DNA from: Squalus acanthias | Taxonomy: Eukaryota | Direction: 5' to 3' | Assembly (NCBI GenBank): GCA_030390025.1 | Contig: CM059432.1 | Coordinates: forward strand, 7,998,001 to 8,062,000 | Length of the DNA: 64,000 bases | In this document: positions 59,285 to 64,000 of the stretch, piece by piece | Layout: every line of letters starts with the position of its first letter | Numbering within the stretch: the first letter of the stretch is position 1 | Program-made: the position numbers and the translations under genes | Notes under the pieces: model-generated | Seen by the model: the letters and a program-made list of their open reading frames with translations, nothing else | What the model was told of the DNA's origin: nothing | Databases searched by the model: none

Positions 59285-62032
59285 TTGACTTATGATCATC
59301 TGCACAATTCAATGTGCATGCAACCTTTACCTCACATCTCTAACTCTTTCCTTCACTCCCCCACAGGACCATCGAGAGCCCCCGTCCCCACTGTCCAGGA
59401 GGAAGAGCCTGAGCTTCCAGACTCCTCAGAGGAAGCTGCAACCTCTGAGGACACTCCGTCAGCAGAATTAAGTGCACCCAGCACCAGCGCAGAAACTCAC
59501 ACCTCGGTGGGACCTTTGGGACACAGAGTAGAGTTGTCACCTGGTGTATCACAGCTCACAAGTGAGCATCAGCAGATGGTGGAGACAGGGACAGCAGTGG
59601 AGAGTCCTCGTCGCATTGGAGAAGATGCTCTCAGCTCGGCTCCGCTTCATGTCGACCCTGTGCCTCCGGGTCCATCCAGAAGAAGAGCAGTGCTGGAACT
59701 CCAGGAAGAGGTGCAGGAGTCTCTGGCAGGTTTTGTCTCCAGGGTCGCTGCGAGTGGGCAAGCAACCTTAGATCTGGTCCTGTGTAACGAGACAGGATTA
59801 ATTAAAAATGTCCTAGTAAAGGATCCCCTTGGAATGAGTGACCATAACATGGTTGAATTCCATATTCAATTAGAGGGTGAGAAGGTTGGATCTCAAACAA
59901 GCGTGCTAAGCTTGAATAAAGGAGACTATGAAGGTATGCGAGCGGAATTGAGTAGAGTGGATTGGGAAAATAGATTAAAGGGTAAGACGACACATGATCA
60001 GTGGTGTACATTCAAGGAGTTATTTTACAACTTCCAAAAAATATATATTCCACTGAAAAGAAAAGGGTGTAAAAGAAAGGACAGTCATCCGTGGCTAAGT
60101 AAAGAAATTAAGGATAGTATTCGACTAAAAACAAGGGCATATAAGGTAGCGAAATCTAGTGGGAGGACAGAGGATTGGGAAAACTTTAAAAGGCAGCAAA
60201 AAATAACAAAAAGATTGATTAAGAAAGGGAAGATAGATTATGAAAGTAAATTAGCAAAAAATATAAAAACAGATAGTAAGAGTTTTTATAGTTATATAAA
60301 AAGAAAAAGGGTGGCTAAAGTAAATGTTGGTCCCTTAGAGGATGAGACCGGGAAATTAATGGTGGGAAATATGGAGATGGCAAAAACACTGAATGAATAT
60401 TTTGTATCAGTCTTTACAGTAGAGGACACTAAGAATATCCCAACACTGGACAAACAGGGGGCTATAGGGGGAGAGGAGCTAAACACGATCAAAATCACTA
60501 AGGAAGTGGTACTCGGTAAAATAATGGGACTCAAGGCGGATAAATCACCTGGACCTGATGGCTTACATCCTAGAGTCTTGAAGGAAGTGGCGGTAGGGAT
60601 TGTAGATGCATTGGTAATAATTTTTCAAAACTCCCTGGATTCCGCTCAGGTCCTGGCAGACTGGAAAACTGCTAATGTAACACCCTTATTTAAAAAGGGC
60701 AGTAGACAGAAGGCTGGTAACTATAGACCGGTTAGCCTAACATCTGTGGTAGGTAAAATTTTGGAGTCCATTATTAAGGGAACAGTAACAGGACATTTGG
60801 ATAATCATAATTTAATAGGACAAAGTCAGCATGGTTTTACGAAGGGGAAGTCATGTTTGACAAATTTGCTGGAGTTCTTTGAGGAAGTAACATATAGAGT
60901 GGATAAAGGGGAACCAGTGGACGTAGTGTATTTAGACTTCCAAAAGGCATTTGACAAGGTGCCACACAAACGATTATTGCTTAAGGTAAAAAATCACGGG
61001 ATTGGGGGTAATATTCTGGCATGGATAGAGGATTGGCTATCTAACAGAAAGCAAAGAGTTGGGATAAATGGTTCATTCTCAGACTGGCAATCAGTAACTA
61101 GTGGTGTTCCACAGGGGTCAGTGCTGGGTCCCCAACTCTTTACAATCTATATTAACGATTTGGAGGAAGGGACCAAGTGTAACATATCAACATTTGCAGA
61201 TGATACTAAGATGGGAGGGAAAGTAGTGAGTGAGGAGGACATAAAAAACCTGCAAGGGGACATAGACAGGCTAAGTAAGTGGGCAGAGATTTGGCAGATG
61301 GAATACAACACTGGAAAGTGTGAGGTGATGCACTTTGGCAGGAAAAATCCTAGAGCAATTTATTATCTTAATGGCAAGAAACTGGAGAGTACTGAAGTGC
61401 AAAGGGATCTGGGGGTCCTGGTGCACGAAACTCAAAAGGTTAGTATGCAGGTGCAGCAAGTGATTAAGAAGGCAAATGGAATGTTGGCTTTCATTGCTAG
61501 GGGGATAGAATATAAAAATAGGGAGGTATTGCTTCAGTTGTACAAGGTATTGGTGAGACCGCACCTGGAATACTGCATACAGTTTTGGTGTCCTTACTTA
61601 AGGAAAGACATCCTTGCTCTCGAGGCAGTGCAAAAAAGGTTCACTCGGTTAATCCCGGGGATGAGGGGGTGGTCATATGAGGAGAGGTTGGGTAGATTGG
61701 GACTCTACTCATTGGAGTTCAGAAGAATGAGAGGCGATCTTATTGAAACATATAAGATTGTGAAGGGGTTGGATCGGGTGGATGCGGGGAGGATGTTCCC
61801 GATGACGGGTGAGACTAGAACTAGGGGACATAGTCTTAGAATAAGGGGCTGCTCTTTCAAAACTGAGATGAGGAGGAACTACTTCACTCAGAGGGTGGTA
61901 GGTCCATGGAATATGCTGCCACAAAAAGCTGTAGAAGCTACATCATTAAATAAATTTAAAACAGAAATAGACAGTTTCCTAGAAGTAAAGGGCATTAAGG
62001 GTTACGGGGAGCGGGCAGGAATTTGGACATGA
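59285..62032 (+). CDS. Chimeric ORF: Harbinger Myb exon 3 fused in frame to CR1 ORF2 reverse transcriptase
   Basis: 915-codon frame without stops; first ~150 aa are intron/Myb exon 3, the rest CR1 ORF2. Expression not shown. Confidence 0.55.
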   Translation: MTYDHLHNSMCMQPLPHISNSFLHSPTGPSRAPVPTVQEEEPELPDSSEEAATSEDTPSAELSAPSTSAETHTSVGPLGHRVELSPGVSQLTSEHQQMVETGTAVESPRRIGEDALSSAPLHVDPVPPGPSRRRAVLELQEEVQESLAGFVSRVAASGQATLDLVLCNETGLIKNVLVKDPLGMSDHNMVEFHIQLEGEKVGSQTSVLSLNKGDYEGMRAELSRVDWENRLKGKTTHDQWCTFKELFYNFQKIYIPLKRKGCKRKDSHPWLSKEIKDSIRLKTRAYKVAKSSGRTEDWENFKRQQKITKRLIKKGKIDYESKLAKNIKTDSKSFYSYIKRKRVAKVNVGPLEDETGKLMVGNMEMAKTLNEYFVSVFTVEDTKNIPTLDKQGAIGGEELNTIKITKEVVLGKIMGLKADKSPGPDGLHPRVLKEVAVGIVDALVIIFQNSLDSAQVLADWKTANVTPLFKKGSRQKAGNYRPVSLTSVVGKILESIIKGTVTGHLDNHNLIGQSQHGFTKGKSCLTNLLEFFEEVTYRVDKGEPVDVVYLDFQKAFDKVPHKRLLLKVKNHGIGGNILAWIEDWLSNRKQRVGINGSFSDWQSVTSGVPQGSVLGPQLFTIYINDLEEGTKCNISTFADDTKMGGKVVSEEDIKNLQGDIDRLSKWAEIWQMEYNTGKCEVMHFGRKNPRAIYYLNGKKLESTEVQRDLGVLVHETQKVSMQVQQVIKKANGMLAFIARGIEYKNREVLLQLYKVLVRPHLEYCIQFWCPYLRKDILALEAVQKRFTRLIPGMRGWSYEERLGRLGLYSLEFRRMRGDLIETYKIVKGLDRVDAGRMFPMTGETRTRGHSLRIRGCSFKTEMRRNYFTQRVVGPWNMLPQKAVEATSLNKFKTEIDSFLEVKGIKGYGERAGIWT

Positions 62033-62270
62033 GTCTAGGTTCGGATCGGTCATGGCCCTGTGGGTAGTGGAGCGGGCCCAGGGACCGTGTAGCCTGATTC
62101 TGCTCCTATTTCGTGTGTGCAATTCTGTTAGATGCAGGAGATGGTTCTGTGATAGATAGTAGATTGGCGGTTAGGATCAGATCAGCCATGATCTTATTGA
62201 ATGGCGGAGCAGGCTCGAGGGGCCGATTGGCCTACTCCTGCTCCTATTTCTTATGTTCTTATGTTCTTAT
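59742..62270 (+). mobile_element. 5'-truncated young CR1 LINE with uninterrupted ORF2 (endonuclease C-terminal part plus RT)
   Basis: LDLVL, SDH (APE C-terminus), full RT motifs to stop at 62032; tail TTATGTTCTTATGTTCTTAT. Confidence 0.95.
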
Positions 62271-62338
62271 GAATGGAGGAGTCCATCGCTAACATGAGCA
62301 GAGCCTTTATGGAGGCATTGGCGCATGAATGCATCACC

Positions 62339-62443
62339 ATGGAAAGGATGGCAACCTCCTTGGAAAGGATGGCTACCTCCATGGTAAGGCTGGCTACCAT
62401 AGAGGAGAGGATGGTTACGGTAGAGGAGAGGATGGCTACATCC
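62339..62443 (+). repeat. 5 x 21-bp tandem repeat encoding heptads (MERMATS-like)
   Basis: ATGGAAAGGATGGCAACCTCC / TTGGAAAGGATGGCTACCTCC / ATGGTAAGGCTGGCTACCATA / GAGGAGAGGATGGTTACGGTA / GAGGAGAGGATGGCTACATCC. Confidence 0.85.
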
Positions 62444-63241
62444 ATGGAGGAGCTTAGTCGCCAGGGTATGGAAAACATGGTAATTGTTCAGAATAGACTG
62501 ACATCTCTTGAGGAGCGATGGTCAGCTATTGAGCAAACAAACCAGACCTTCATGCAAGTCCTCTGGAGTAGGACTTCCAGTGCAGAAACGGGTCCTCATG
62601 CACCCCCTGCAGTGCAGCAAGGTGCTGTCCAGCCACTTGCTAGCTCTGAAGTGGGGCTGACCCATGAGAGGGATGTTGGTGGCATACAACAAGGAAGTGG
62701 GGGCTCCTCTCCAAGTCCTCACACGACCATGCCACTGCAGAGCCCTCGGTCAGAGTCCCACCAGAGTCCCCACCCAACTGAGATCGGCATCCCAACCGCT
62801 GCCCATCCGCAGGAGCAGCAGACTGTTGCCAAGCCCTCACAGGTTCGCAACCCCAGAGGACACCCGCCAAAGGTGTCGAGACAGGAGCAGCAAGAAAGTG
62901 AGCAAGGGGCCTCCACATCTGCTGAAGCCACAGGGGAAGCACCACGTAGGAGCACGCGTAAGAGGAAGATAATGCACAAGTAGTCACAAGGGTAGTCACT
63001 TGGGTGTAATGTTGTGTTTAATTTCGAAAAGCCATCAGTTGCTTATTGTCATAAAAAATTCTGATGGCAAACTGTTGCAGTTGTGGTGTGTGTTCTTTCG
63101 CTAATGGGACTTCCATATTGAGGGCTTAGGGCGACTTGCAATTGTCAGTATGGTGGTCAGAGTGATAGGAATCCGCACGTTCGTGGCCATTGTCGATGGT
63201 CTGATAAGAAGGTGCGAGGCAAAAGTGTTTGATTGTGCAGG

Positions 63242-63468
63242 CTAAGCAAATCTGGCCAACATGAGTGCGTCCCTTGCATCCCGGGCAGCAATATGGTCGC
63301 GCGCTGACGCCTTCTGGCCTGTGCAGCTTCAGGTGGGTGAGCAGCAGCTTGGCGCTCCTGTTGTTGCTGCTGCTGTTCGTGGTGCTGTTGTTCATGGTTC
63401 TGCTGCTGCCATGGCTGGTCTTCGTCCGAATCTGATGTCCAGGAGGAAAGGAAATAAATGGTTCCCAT
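63242..63468 (-). pseudogene. Collapsed Harbinger (HARBI1-like) transposase: N-terminus joined out of frame to C-terminus, no DDE core
   Basis: MGTIYFLSSWTSDSDEDQPWQQQ...ARRRQR then DHIAARDARDALMLARFA* (63298-63242); convergent to the Myb gene, where Harbinger nucleases lie. Confidence 0.6.
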
Positions 63469-64000
63469 GCTTCTGGTATATGCCTCAGTTGAGGAAGCGC
63501 TCATTCAAGGTGGCGAGAGGAGTTTCCCAGGAGGTCACACTGGAGATGGGTGTCAGGCTCCAAACTTCCACAACAATGGGTATGCCTGCTAAAAGTTCCC
63601 CCAGACCTGAGACAACAAAGTTCTGCCACCTGCAAATGATGATTGCTGAAAACTCCTTTTTAATGGTGGAGCTGCAGCTGTTAGTAAGCAGTCCACTTGA
63701 AGCCGCCAGGATTCACTGGCGTGTTCCAGAGGAGACGTGCAGGACGTGGGAAAAGTGGTAAATTCAGAAAGGCCTCTCAAAATGGGATTATAGAGGCACT
63801 TAACTGGTTGTTAAGGGCCTTAAGGGCCTATCCCGCCTCTTGGAGGCGGGATGGAAACGGGGTCAGAAAACACGCATTTGGAAAATTGCTCGGAGGCGGG
63901 ATGGAGGTGGGATCGGGCCCGCACGCCAGTTTTTGCGATTTTACCACCTCACACGCCTCCAATCCCGCCTCCTCGGGCCTGGCAAAATCGAGCCCAAAGT

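Larger units (their letters stand above)
58489..62983 (+). pseudogene. Harbinger Myb/SANT-like gene: exon 1 58489-58729, exon 2 59051-59210, exon 3 59367-59741 plus 62271-62983 (split by CR1)
   Basis: Canonical GT/AG sites in compatible phase; exon 3 rejoins as ...GFVSR-MEESIANMSRAF...RRSTRKRKIMHK*. Exon 1 has a +1 frameshift and TGA at 58670. Confidence 0.8.
58209..63995 (+). mobile_element. PIF/Harbinger DNA transposon with both ends (about 3.26 kb without the nested CR1), non-autonomous
   Basis: TIRs GGGCTGGATTTTGTC (58209-58223) and GGCAAAATCGAGCCC (63981-63995), 13/15 match; convergent Myb gene and nuclease remnant; subterminal GAGGCGGG repeats; flanks TAT/AAA do not match. Confidence 0.88.

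Overview
Eukaryotic, repeat-dominated vertebrate genomic DNA. The repeat mix (CR1 and L2 LINEs, Deu-domain tRNA SINEs, Penelope-like elements, PIF/Harbinger transposons) suggests a cartilaginous fish; this is inference. No rRNA, tRNA gene, CRISPR array or recognisable multi-exon host gene is present; there is one probable host terminal exon (18720-19165, +). Highlights: (1) A Harbinger element with both TIRs (58209-63995) keeps a 3-exon Myb/SANT gene while its putative nuclease gene is collapsed to its two termini. The same junction occurs in a diverged relative at 8007-9391. (2) A young CR1 LINE sits in frame in that Myb gene, giving a 915-codon Myb-exon/reverse-transcriptase ORF. (3) A 329-bp near-perfect palindrome from a Penelope-like insertion carries two opposed hammerhead-ribozyme motifs; more hammerheads occur in other Penelope copies. 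(4) A 33-bp minisatellite derives from a Penelope terminal segment. (5) Two long solo LTRs have 4-bp TSDs. (6) Many MITEs are present, down to a 59-bp unit. All family assignments are from motif recognition, not database searches. Boundaries of decayed repeats are approximate.
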